64,000 nt of DNA from Candidatus Omnitrophota bacterium. Its GTDB lineage: Bacteria > Ratteibacteria > UBA8468 > B48-G9 > JAFGKM01. The DNA is taken from positions 9,584 to 73,583 of the forward strand of contig JAMWCJ010000001.1 of the NCBI GenBank assembly GCA_023818645.1, read 5' to 3'. Position 1 is the stretch's first letter; each line of letters starts with the position of its first letter. This document shows, piece by piece, positions 42,371-51,129 of this stretch. The position numbers were made by a program, and so were the translations under genes. Under the pieces are notes generated by a model. The model did no database searches, was not told the origin of the DNA, and worked only from the letters and a program-made list of their open reading frames with translations.

Positions 42371-42540
42371 TTTAAGTAAATATAAAGAATTAAAGTTAAT
42401 ACAAAAAGAATAAAAAATATAAAAAACTTTAGTTTATATTTTTTTCCAATAAGTGTCTTTTTTGTAAACATATATCCAACAAAAGCATAAATTGAAAGCC
42501 CGAAGAAAAAACCAAGGAAAACACTAAATAATTTTGTCAT
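42367..42540 (-). CDS. Unannotated 57-aa two-TM membrane protein (not in ORF track)
   Basis: MTKLFSVFLGFFFGLSIYAFVGYMFTKKTLIGKKYKLKFFIFFILFVLTLILYIYLK. Its start overlaps the upstream stop as ATGA (42537-42540), and its stop overlaps the TPR start as ATGA (42367-42370). Confidence 0.3.
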   Translation of the reverse strand: MTKLFSVFLGFFFGLSIYAFVGYMFTKKTLIGKKYKLKFFIFFILFVLTLILYIYLK

Positions 42541-42797
42541 TTTTCTAATATATCTTTAACTAATGAAATCCCAACCACTTTTGATTTTAAAACTTTAACA
42601 CTTTTCCTATTCGGAATAATCCCATCTTTTTTTATCATCATTAAATATTCATGTTTACTCAAAGATGTTTCAGAAATATCAAAAGCATCTGCATCCTTTA
42701 AATAATAATAAGATTCATCTTCATCTACAAGTGTCCCTATATATATCCATGATGTTGAAGTATCAATCACTATTTTTTCGTTTTTATAATCTTTCAT
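42537..42797 (-). CDS. Hypothetical 86-aa protein translationally coupled to dtd
   Basis: No recognised motif. 4-nt overlaps at both ends. Confidence 0.35.
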   Translation of the reverse strand: MKDYKNEKIVIDTSTSWIYIGTLVDEDESYYYLKDADAFDISETSLSKHEYLMMIKKDGIIPNRKSVKVLKSKVVGISLVKDILEK

Positions 42798-43231
42798 TTT
42801 TCTAAAATTATAGTACAGGGACCATCATTATGAATCTCAACACACATTTTTTTCCCAAATTCTCCTTCAACTATTTTTATATCTGATTTCTTTATTTTCT
42901 CAATAAATTTATTATAAATTTTTTCAGCAATTTCTCCTTTCTCTGCCTGTGTAAAATCCGGTCTGTTTCCTCTTTTACAATCTCCATATAGAGTAAACTG
43001 TGAAACAACCATTAAATCTCCACCAATATCAACAACTGAATAATTCATTTTTCTATTCTCGTCCTCAAAGATTCTTAAAGATAAAATTTTTTTAATGATA
43101 TAATCAATTTTACTTTCATCATCCCCAACGCCTATGCCTAAAAAAACAACCAATCCTTTTCCAATTTTCCCTTTTTCTTTGTCTTCTATAAACAATTTTG
43201 CTTTTTTAACTCTTTGAATAACCACCCTCAT
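42794..43231 (-). CDS. dtd: D-aminoacyl-tRNA deacylase
   Basis: MRVVIQRV..A.......G.IG.GLVVFLGI and SQFTLYGD motifs. Confidence 0.9.
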   Translation of the reverse strand: MRVVIQRVKKAKLFIEDKEKGKIGKGLVVFLGIGVGDDESKIDYIIKKILSLRIFEDENRKMNYSVVDIGGDLMVVSQFTLYGDCKRGNRPDFTQAEKGEIAEKIYNKFIEKIKKSDIKIVEGEFGKKMCVEIHNDGPCTIILEK

Positions 43232-43254
43232 AATATTTTTTATAATATATCAAT

Positions 43255-43282
43255 TTGACAAAATTAACAAATTAAATATAAT
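43255..43282 (+). promoter_or_regulatory. Consensus sigma-70 promoter giving an essentially leaderless dapF mRNA
   Basis: TTGACA (43255-43260), a 16-nt spacer, TATAAT (43277-43282), then only 8 nt to the dapF ATG. There is no Shine-Dalgarno sequence. Confidence 0.4.
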
Positions 43283-43290
43283 TTTTAACT

Positions 43291-44085
43291 ATGGAATTTT
43301 TAAAAATTGCTGGTTCAGGTAATGACTTTGTAGTTGTTGATAATAGAAAGAATTTAATAAGAAATAAAAAATCATTGGCAATTAAATTATGTGATAGGAA
43401 ATTTGGAATTGGTGCAGACGGTTTACTCCTGCTTGAGAACTCCAAAAATGCTGACTTTAAAATGAGAATTTTCAATCCTGATGGAAGCGAAGCAGAAATG
43501 TGTGGAAATGGATTGAGATGTATTTTAAGATTTATCTATGAAAAATCAATTTCAAAAAAGAAAAATTTAAATATTGAAACAAAAGCAGGCATTCTTGAAG
43601 GTAAGATCAAAGGAAAAATTATAAAAGTAAGAATGAAAGTAGTAAATTCGCCAAAATTAAATATAGAAATCCCCATTGAAAATTTTAAGATAATTGGCAA
43701 TTTTGTAAATACAGGAGTTCCACATACTGTAATATTTGTTGATGATGTAGAAAAGGTAAATTTAGAAGAAATTGGACCAAAAATAAGATACAATAAAATT
43801 TTTGGAGAGAGTGGAACAAATGTTGATTGGGTTGAAATTGTAAAAAATGGGATTATAAGAATAAGGACTTATGAAAGAGGCGTTGAAGGAGAAACACTCT
43901 CTTGTGGAACTGGTGCTTGTGCATCTGCAATTATAACATCTATAAAAGAAAAATTTAAATCTCCTATATTTGTTATTACAAAAAGTAAAGAAATATTGAA
44001 AGTTTATTTTGATAAAGACTTTGAAAAAATTTACCTTGAAGGAAAAACCTTATTGACATTTAAGGGAATCTGGATTGGAAGTTGA
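43291..44085 (+). CDS. dapF: Diaminopimelate epimerase
   Basis: GSGNDFVVVD, CGNGLRC, and the second catalytic Cys in SCGTGACAS. Confidence 0.9.
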   Translation: MEFLKIAGSGNDFVVVDNRKNLIRNKKSLAIKLCDRKFGIGADGLLLLENSKNADFKMRIFNPDGSEAEMCGNGLRCILRFIYEKSISKKKNLNIETKAGILEGKIKGKIIKVRMKVVNSPKLNIEIPIENFKIIGNFVNTGVPHTVIFVDDVEKVNLEEIGPKIRYNKIFGESGTNVDWVEIVKNGIIRIRTYERGVEGETLSCGTGACASAIITSIKEKFKSPIFVITKSKEILKVYFDKDFEKIYLEGKTLLTFKGIWIGS

Positions 44086-46171
44086 AATTTTAATTCTTTT
44101 TTCTTTCATTTCTGGAATTCTCTTAAGCGATTATTTTCCATTTTATTATATTTTTTCAATTATACCACTGATTTTTTTACATAGGATTAATAAAAAATTT
44201 ATTGTCTTGTTTCTATTTTTTTTCATTTTAGGATTTTTTTTAACCGAGAAACATAAAAAAAATCAAAGAAAAGGAAAAATAGAATTTTCACAAATTTCTT
44301 TTATTGAAGGTGAAATTCTGGATATTAAAGAAAAAAAGTTTAAAAGAGAAATTAAATTGAAAATAAAAAAAATTTCTCCAATAGATAAAAATATAAATTA
44401 CAACAGCAAAGTTCTTTTAATAACAAAAAATCAAAATAAGTTTTTACTTGGACAGACATTGAAAATAAAAGATTTTCTTATAAGTCAAGTTAACCCACCA
44501 AAAAATCCCTTTGAATTTAATTATAAAAAATTTTTAGAAAGACAGGGGATTTATTACATAGTTGAAACTGATAATATTGAAGTAATTAAAGGAAAAAAGA
44601 ACTTAAAGATGTTGTCTTCTCTTATCCATAAAAAAATAGAAAAAAGAATTGAAAATTATATGAAATTTAATCCCGACAGTTCTGAATTTGTAAAACTCAT
44701 TACTATAGGAAGTGATGACCCTCCAGATTTTTTAATAGAAATTGGAATAAAAAGCGGTATATATCATTTATTTGTAATCTCGGGTATCCATGTTCTATTT
44801 TTATTTCTATTTTTCAAAATCCTCTTTATTCCTTTCCAGAAAGTAAATAATATTCATCCAAAATTTTTCCCTTCTTTACTTCTTTTTTTCTTATGGTTTT
44901 ATGCTTTTTTATGCGGATTTCGTATACCTGTGACAAGAGCAGTTTTAATGTTTTCTTTTTATCTTATTTTTGAAATTTTTGAGAGAAAAATTGAACCTTT
45001 AAAATCTCTAATTCTTGCAAGTTTTTCATTCCTTTTTATAAATCCTTATAATATATATTCTCTTTCTTTTCTATTATCTTTTTTGTCAACTTATGGAATT
45101 ATGATAATTCCAAAAAAATTAAATTTTAAAAAAAATTTTATAGCCACTTCGTGTATCTCTACTCTTTCAGCACAATTATTTATTTTGCCGGTAATCCTTT
45201 ATAACTTTGGTTTTTTTTATCCAACAGGAATAATAAACAATTTGATATTTACTCCTTATATTGGATTTTTAACAATAAACTCTTTTATTTCAATTTTTAT
45301 ACCTATTTTCTTTTTCCCTTTAAATTTTGCAACAGATATCTTTTTGAAACTTCTTACTTTTATATCAAATATTTCTTTTAAAGTAAATATTTATTTCCCA
45401 CTGTTTTTTGTGTTTATTTACTATTCTCTACTTTTCATTTTTTTCTTACCTGTGAGAAAAAAACTTAAACTTTTCTTTTTATTTTTAATACTCGCATCTT
45501 CAATTTTCCAATTTAATTTCAATAAAAATAAAAAGGTGGAAATCACTTTTTTCTCCTCAAAAAACCCCTTTGTTCTTATTGTTGATAAAGGAAAAGGGGC
45601 TTTAATTGTTTCAAACAAAATAGAAAACCCTTCTTTTTACAAAACTATACTTTTTAAAACACTAAAAAAGAAAAAAATTAAAATTGATAAAATTATTTTG
45701 ATTGGAAAGGGATTCTCAGAAAATCTAATTTTTATTTCAAAATATAGCCAGAAAATATATTTCCCACCTACAATCTTAAAGCCCTTTAATTATGAAAATT
45801 TTATAAATTATGACAAAGATAAACAAATCCCTTTTTCAGAGAATCTTGTTTTTTATTTCAAAGAGAAAAACCTGATAATTAAGAGTAATAACCTTAAAGT
45901 GTTATTAATCCTAAATGAAAACCTTAAAAATTCATTGATAAAAGATAAATATTTTCTTATATATCCAATTGAATTTGGGAAAAATAGGAAAAATGAACAG
46001 ATAATAAACGACCTTAAAAGTCCCTTTTTTATCCTCCAAAAAAATATAAGAAAATTTGAAAATTTAAAAAATTTATGTCAAAATTATTATTTAAATGTAT
46101 CAGCAGTTATTATAGATTTAAAAACAGGATTAATTGATTACTGGAAAGAAAATGGTAATAGAAAATATTGA
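44075..46171 (+). CDS. comEC: ComEC/Rec2-family DNA-uptake channel protein (no recognisable C-terminal metallo-beta-lactamase motif)
   Basis: Polytopic membrane core with the competence motif YHLFVISGIHV. The C-terminal 250 aa lack HxHxDH. Confidence 0.7.
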   Translation: MEVEILILFSFISGILLSDYFPFYYIFSIIPLIFLHRINKKFIVLFLFFFILGFFLTEKHKKNQRKGKIEFSQISFIEGEILDIKEKKFKREIKLKIKKISPIDKNINYNSKVLLITKNQNKFLLGQTLKIKDFLISQVNPPKNPFEFNYKKFLERQGIYYIVETDNIEVIKGKKNLKMLSSLIHKKIEKRIENYMKFNPDSSEFVKLITIGSDDPPDFLIEIGIKSGIYHLFVISGIHVLFLFLFFKILFIPFQKVNNIHPKFFPSLLLFFLWFYAFLCGFRIPVTRAVLMFSFYLIFEIFERKIEPLKSLILASFSFLFINPYNIYSLSFLLSFLSTYGIMIIPKKLNFKKNFIATSCISTLSAQLFILPVILYNFGFFYPTGIINNLIFTPYIGFLTINSFISIFIPIFFFPLNFATDIFLKLLTFISNISFKVNIYFPLFFVFIYYSLLFIFFLPVRKKLKLFFLFLILASSIFQFNFNKNKKVEITFFSSKNPFVLIVDKGKGALIVSNKIENPSFYKTILFKTLKKKKIKIDKIILIGKGFSENLIFISKYSQKIYFPPTILKPFNYENFINYDKDKQIPFSENLVFYFKEKNLIIKSNNLKVLLILNENLKNSLIKDKYFLIYPIEFGKNRKNEQIINDLKSPFFILQKNIRKFENLKNLCQNYYLNVSAVIIDLKTGLIDYWKENGNRKY

Positions 46172-46472
46172 AAAAATTAGAAAGGCAGAACAAGAAAGCG
46201 AAAAAATCATAAAAGATGCTGAAATGAAAGTAAAAGAAATCTTTGATACAATAAGTTTTGAACTTGAAAAAATAAGAAAAAATAATGAAAAAAAATTAGA
46301 AGAAGTGTTAAAAAAATATAGAAATGAAAAAGATACCGTAAAAAAAGAAAATATAGAAATTTTAGAAAAACAAAAGAAAAAGATTGAAATAGAGTTGAAT
46401 GAAAAGAGAAAAAAAATTGATGAGATTGCAAACAAAATCTGGGAAGGAATAAAAAAAGAAATTATGCAGTAA
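46134..46472 (+). CDS. Hypothetical K/E-rich coiled-coil protein
   Basis: 112 aa, heptad-like KE-rich sequence. Overlaps the comEC 3' end and converges on the GGDEF gene. An open frame of this length is unlikely by chance in AT-rich DNA, but there is no family signal. Confidence 0.3.
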   Translation: MITGKKMVIENIEKIRKAEQESEKIIKDAEMKVKEIFDTISFELEKIRKNNEKKLEEVLKKYRNEKDTVKKENIEILEKQKKKIEIELNEKRKKIDEIANKIWEGIKKEIMQ

Positions 46473-47655
46473 CAACTTTATTCCTTCCTGTTCTTTTTGC
46501 TTCATATAAAGCAGTATCTGCTTTTTTTATCAATTCTGAGTATGTTAATCCATCTTCTGGGAAAGAAGCAATACCAAAACTTATAGTCAAATCTCCATTC
46601 GGTTGATTTTCTTCATTAAGAAATTTAAATTCCTTAACAGCAATTCTCAATTTTTCACATATCTTTACAGCATTTTCTTTTGATGTCTCTGGGAAAATTA
46701 TAATAAACTCTTCACCTCCATATCTACCAACGATATCTGAACCTTTAACGCCTTTTTTTAATATATCTGCTACTGTTTTCAAAACATAATCACCAGTGGG
46801 ATGCCCATTATTATCGTTATAAAATTTAAAAAAATCAATATCACAAATTGCAACAGAAACAGGTCTATAATTTACCTGACTTTTTGTTAAAATTTCTGCA
46901 AAAAGTTTTTCAAAGTGTCTTCTATTATATAATTGAGTTAAACTATCTGTAATTGAAAGAATTTTTATTTTATCAAAAAGTTCTGTATTTTCAATCATCA
47001 AGGAGATAGGAACAGAGACCATCCTTAAAAGGTTCAAATCTCTAAATGTAAATTTTTTTTCTTCTTTAGAAAATACACCCAACATACCTACTACTTCCCT
47101 TTTTTGATATAAAGCACAAACTATAAATGATTTAACTCCATCATTAGCAAGAAGTTTATACTGAGGGAAAGAAGATACATTATTGACAAGAATTGGTCTT
47201 CCTTTAATAGATAATTCCTCTATTAATCCTTCAGGAAGCTTTATATTATCGCCTTTAATACTCATTTTATATCTATCCCCAAAAAGAGTAATAAGGACAA
47301 TTTCCTTTTTAAAAACATTTTTAATAGTAATTAATATCTTTTCAATAACATCATCAATAGTTATATCTTCTCCAAAAGTTTCTATTATTTCTGTAATAGT
47401 TGTTAAAAAGGTGGATTCTATTTTATAATCATTAATCATTAAATCTTTTCTTTCGTTTTCTCTTTGTAAAAACTCAATTTTATTTGAAATGTTAAATCCA
47501 CAAATAACATCCAAAACTATAATAACAGAAAGAAAAAGATTTAAGGAAATATAATAATATTCAGCAGGGAAAATCTTACCTGTTAAGTAGAGAATATTTA
47601 TGGAGATAAGAAAGAAAATTATAATTAAAAAAATAAAATTTCTAAAAAATCTCAT
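46462..47655 (-). CDS. Membrane-anchored GAF-GGDEF diguanylate cyclase
   Basis: RYGGEEF active-site motif and the upstream RxxD-like I-site region. N-terminal TM helices plus a GAF-like domain. Confidence 0.85.
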   Translation of the reverse strand: MRFFRNFIFLIIIFFLISINILYLTGKIFPAEYYYISLNLFLSVIIVLDVICGFNISNKIEFLQRENERKDLMINDYKIESTFLTTITEIIETFGEDITIDDVIEKILITIKNVFKKEIVLITLFGDRYKMSIKGDNIKLPEGLIEELSIKGRPILVNNVSSFPQYKLLANDGVKSFIVCALYQKREVVGMLGVFSKEEKKFTFRDLNLLRMVSVPISLMIENTELFDKIKILSITDSLTQLYNRRHFEKLFAEILTKSQVNYRPVSVAICDIDFFKFYNDNNGHPTGDYVLKTVADILKKGVKGSDIVGRYGGEEFIIIFPETSKENAVKICEKLRIAVKEFKFLNEENQPNGDLTISFGIASFPEDGLTYSELIKKADTALYEAKRTGRNKVVTA

Positions 47656-47662
47656 AAATTGG

Positions 47663-48019
47663 TTATCCTGTTTCTCCCTTTACGCGATTAACCAATAAAG
47701 CAAAATTCTCAGGATGGTTAAATGCAATGTCCGCAAGCATCTTTCTATTTAAATTTATACCATGTTTTTTAATCCTACTTATAAATTCACTATAAGAAAT
47801 TCCATTTGCTTTGCAGGCAGCAGAAATTCTACTTATCCATAATCTTCTAAAATCCCTTTTTTTCTTTCTTCTATGCATAAAAGCATAAGTTAAACCTTTT
47901 TCTGAAAATTCTTTTGCTCTTTTAAATAATTTTGACCTTCCTTGTCTATAACCTTTTGCTCTTTTTAAAACTTTTTTTCTTCTCTTTCTAGAACTGGGTG
48001 AATTTTTTGTTTTCGGCAT
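47663..48019 (-). CDS. rplT: 50S ribosomal protein L20
   Basis: KRAKGYRQGRSKLFKRA. Conserved infC-rpmI-rplT order. Confidence 0.9.
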   Translation of the reverse strand: MPKTKNSPSSRKRRKKVLKRAKGYRQGRSKLFKRAKEFSEKGLTYAFMHRRKKKRDFRRLWISRISAACKANGISYSEFISRIKKHGINLNRKMLADIAFNHPENFALLVNRVKGETG

Positions 48020-48042
48020 TTTATCTCCTTTTTTAAACGATT

Positions 48043-48243
48043 TTAACTGTAAGGTAACAATCTCTTCACTGTTTTTATATCTCCTTTATTCTTTAATACC
48101 TGTGCTTTTTTTATCCTTCTTTTCCTTTTTGAACTCTTTTTGGAAAGTAAATGACTGCCACCAGCACCATAATGAATTACTTTACCTGTTTTTGTAATTT
48201 TAAATCTTTTTGCCACCGATTTTTTTGTTTTAAGTTTTCCCAT
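48043..48243 (-). CDS. rpmI: 50S ribosomal protein L35
   Basis: MGKLKTKKSVAKRFKITKTGKV.. Confidence 0.85.
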   Translation of the reverse strand: MGKLKTKKSVAKRFKITKTGKVIHYGAGGSHLLSKKSSKRKRRIKKAQVLKNKGDIKTVKRLLPYS

Positions 48244-48799
48244 TTTTTTCTCCCTTTACATCTATTGGAATAAAGGTAACGCTTAACCTTACTCCTTCAA
48301 ATTTTGGTGCTCTATCTATCTTGCCATATGAAGAAAGTTCTTTTATTAACCTTTCAAGGAGAGTATAACCTCTTTCTTTATAAAGTATCTCTCTACCTTT
48401 AAAAAAAACACTAACTTTAACTTTATGCCCCTCTTTTAAGAAATTTTCAATATGTTGTTTTTTAAACTTATAGTCATGTTCACTTGTTTCAGGAGTAAAT
48501 CTTATTTCCTTCATCTGCATAACTTTTTGTTTTTTCTTTATCTCCTTTTCCTTTTTCTTCTGTTCATATAAAAATCTTTTAAAATCTAAAATCCTGCAAA
48601 CAGGCAAATTAGTATCTGGAACAATTTCAACTAAATCTAAATTCTTTTCTCTTGCAATATTTAAAGCATCTTTAACATCAAGAATCCCCAATTGATTTCC
48701 CATCTCATCTATAACCCTTATCTTTGGACCTTTAATCTGATAATTTATTCTATATCTTCTTTCCTTATTACTACCGATGGTTTCTCCTTTTATATAAAT
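48230..48799 (-). CDS. infC: Translation initiation factor IF-3, probably initiating at AUU
   Basis: The ORF-track protein begins inside the N-domain. Translating upstream in frame gives IKGETIGSNKERRYRINYQIKGPKIRVIDEMGNQLG, which matches the IF3 N-terminus (RINGEIRA.EVRLI..DGEQLG). The frame opens after a TAA, with ATT (48797-48799) or ATA (48791-48793) as the only possible starts. Confidence 0.85.
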   Translation of the reverse strand: MYIKGETIGSNKERRYRINYQIKGPKIRVIDEMGNQLGILDVKDALNIAREKNLDLVEIVPDTNLPVCRILDFKRFLYEQKKKEKEIKKKQKVMQMKEIRFTPETSEHDYKFKKQHIENFLKEGHKVKVSVFFKGREILYKERGYTLLERLIKELSSYGKIDRAPKFEGVRLSVTFIPIDVKGEKNGKT

Positions 48800-48914
48800 T
48801 TTAACTTAAATTCTTTCTTTTTTTAATCTACCTATTTTTATTTTACTATTTTTTAAAAAATTTGCAAATTTAATCTTATTTTTTTATCAATTAAAAAATG
48901 ATAAAATTTTAATA

Positions 48915-49871
48915 ATGAAAAATAAAATTTTTATATTTTTTTTAATAAAAAGCATACTTTGTTTTCCACAAAAAGAAAATTTTATAAACAGAACTGAATT
49001 TCTACTTGATACAATATTTAACATCCAAATAGAAAGAGTAGAAAATAGTGATACGCTATTAAACCAGGCCTTTGAATTGGTAAAAAAACTTGAAGATAAA
49101 TTAAGTATTTTTAAAGAAGATAGTGAAGTGTCAAAATTAAATAAGTATAAAAGATATAAAGTTTCTAACGAGGTTTTAGAAGTAATAAAAAAGTCAATAT
49201 ACATTTCAAAAATTACAGATGGTGCATTTGATATAACATGTAAAAAAATAATTGATTTATATAAGCACAAAAGTAAACAAAATATACTACCAACAGAAAA
49301 AGAAATAAATAAAGTATTGAAGGAAACGGGATGGAAAAAGATAAAGATAAAAGAAAATGAAATATTTTTATCAGATCTCGTAGAAATAGATCTTGGTGGA
49401 ATTGCAAAAGGTTTTATAGTTGATAAAGTGGCTGACTTCCTTAAATCTAAGGGAGTTAAAAATGGAATTATTAATGCTGGAGGAGATATTTATTGCTGGG
49501 GAACAAATCAGAGAAATAAAAAATGGAGAATAGGTATAGAAAACCCATTTGAAGCAGGAAAAATAATAAGAAGTTTTGAAACTACAGAAAAAGGTATAGC
49601 AACAAGTGGAAATTATAAAAGATATATAGATATAAAAGAAAAAAAAATTGGACATATAATAAATCCAAAAACTGGTCTTCCTATTGAAAGTTCTGTGGTA
49701 AGTGTAACTGTAATTGCTCCTGATTGTATGACTGCTGATGGACTTGCGACAGGGATTTTTGTTCTCGGAATTGAAAATGGATTAAATTTAGTTAATAACT
49801 TAAAAGATATTGAGTGCTTGATAATAGAAAAAAATAAAAAGATTTATAAATCTAAAAATTTTTTCTTTTAA
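48915..49871 (+). CDS. apbE: FAD:protein FMN transferase (ApbE family lipoprotein)
   Basis: Signal peptide. DLGGIAKGF motif, with the metal-binding T/S later. Confidence 0.8.
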   Translation: MKNKIFIFFLIKSILCFPQKENFINRTEFLLDTIFNIQIERVENSDTLLNQAFELVKKLEDKLSIFKEDSEVSKLNKYKRYKVSNEVLEVIKKSIYISKITDGAFDITCKKIIDLYKHKSKQNILPTEKEINKVLKETGWKKIKIKENEIFLSDLVEIDLGGIAKGFIVDKVADFLKSKGVKNGIINAGGDIYCWGTNQRNKKWRIGIENPFEAGKIIRSFETTEKGIATSGNYKRYIDIKEKKIGHIINPKTGLPIESSVVSVTVIAPDCMTADGLATGIFVLGIENGLNLVNNLKDIECLIIEKNKKIYKSKNFFF

Positions 49872-51129
49872 ATATTTCTGGTTTAAACAAGTAAAAAAAT
49901 GTTTCTCTTTCCCTTATTATTTTTATTTTTTTACCTTTTACAATAACTTCTGGTATCCTCAATCTTGTATTATAATTTGAAGACATTGAAAAACCATAAG
50001 CACCAGCACTCATAACAACTAAAAAATCACCTCTCTTTATATTTTCTGAAAATTCTCTATCTTTCCCAAGATAATCGCTTGTTTCACAGATTGGACCCAC
50101 CACATCAAACTTTATTTTTTTACCTACTTTTAAACAGAGAGGATAAATAAGATGGAAACTTCCATAAAGAGAAGGTCTTATAAGGTCATTCATTCCAGCA
50201 TCTACAATTATAAAATTTTTGGTCTTTTTCTTTTTCACATAAAGAACTTTTGTAATTAAAACACCTGAATTCCCAACTATAAATCTTCCAGGTTCAAGTA
50301 TGATTGTTTTTAAATTAAAGTTTTTCAATTCTTCTGTAATTTTTCTACCAAATTCTTCAATTGGTTGTATTTCATTTTCAATGTTATAAGGAATACCAAA
50401 TCCCCCTCCAATATCAAGAATTTCTGGATGAAATTTCGTTTTTTCACAGAATCTTTTAACTTTCTTAATTGCTTCAATATAAGGCAAAACTTCTTTGATT
50501 TGAGAACCAAGATGAAAATGTATTCCTTTAATTTCTACAAAATTAAATTTTCTTTTCAAAATTTTTTCGGCAAGTTCAAGGTCAATACCAAATTTATTTT
50601 CACTTCTTGAAGTCTTTATATAATGATGGGTATTAACATCTATGTCAAGATTCAATCTCAAATTAACATTTACTTTCTTTCTAAATTTTTGTCCAAACTT
50701 TTCAATTATTTCAATTTCTTCTTCATTTTCTATATTAAAACAAAATATATTTTTTCTAATAGCAAAGGCAATTTCTTCCTCTTTTTTGCCAACACCAGCA
50801 AAAACAATATCAGATGGTGAAAATCCAGCAATAAGTGCTTTTCTTAATTCTCCTTCTGAAACAACATCGGCACCAAGTCCATTTTCTTTTATTACTTTTA
50901 AAATAGAAAGATTGGAATTTGATTTTACTGAAAAACATATTTTAACAGGAAGATTGGAAAAAGCACTTTTTATTTTATTTATTTGATTGATAAGAAAATT
51001 ATAACTATATACATAAATAGGAGTACCAAATCTTTCAACGATTTTTTTACCTTCTATTTCCTCAATATAGAAACTCCCTTTTCTAAACTTATAATAAGGT
51101 CCAAAGATTTTTCCAATTTCTTTTTCCAT
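49852..51129 (-). CDS. lysA: Diaminopimelate decarboxylase (fold-III PLP decarboxylase)
   Basis: GTPIYVY, PLP-lysine region CFSVKSNSN, EPGRFIVGNSGVLITKV. The ORF-track start overlaps the argH 3' end by 76 nt, so the true start may be a downstream non-ATG codon. Confidence 0.75.
   Translation of the reverse strand: MEKEIGKIFGPYYKFRKGSFYIEEIEGKKIVERFGTPIYVYSYNFLINQINKIKSAFSNLPVKICFSVKSNSNLSILKVIKENGLGADVVSEGELRKALIAGFSPSDIVFAGVGKKEEEIAFAIRKNIFCFNIENEEEIEIIEKFGQKFRKKVNVNLRLNLDIDVNTHHYIKTSRSENKFGIDLELAEKILKRKFNFVEIKGIHFHLGSQIKEVLPYIEAIKKVKRFCEKTKFHPEILDIGGGFGIPYNIENEIQPIEEFGRKITEELKNFNLKTIILEPGRFIVGNSGVLITKVLYVKKKKTKNFIIVDAGMNDLIRPSLYGSFHLIYPLCLKVGKKIKFDVVGPICETSDYLGKDREFSENIKRGDFLVVMSAGAYGFSMSSNYNTRLRIPEVIVKGKKIKIIRERETFFYLFKPEIFKRKNF

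Noticed and set aside
46130-46435. Minus-strand ORFs of 101 aa and 74 aa rich in F, L and S
   Set aside because: They are antisense to the K/E-rich frame, which reads purine-rich on the plus strand. Such poly-Phe/Ser reverse frames are artefacts. Only the plus-strand ORF is reported, at low confidence.
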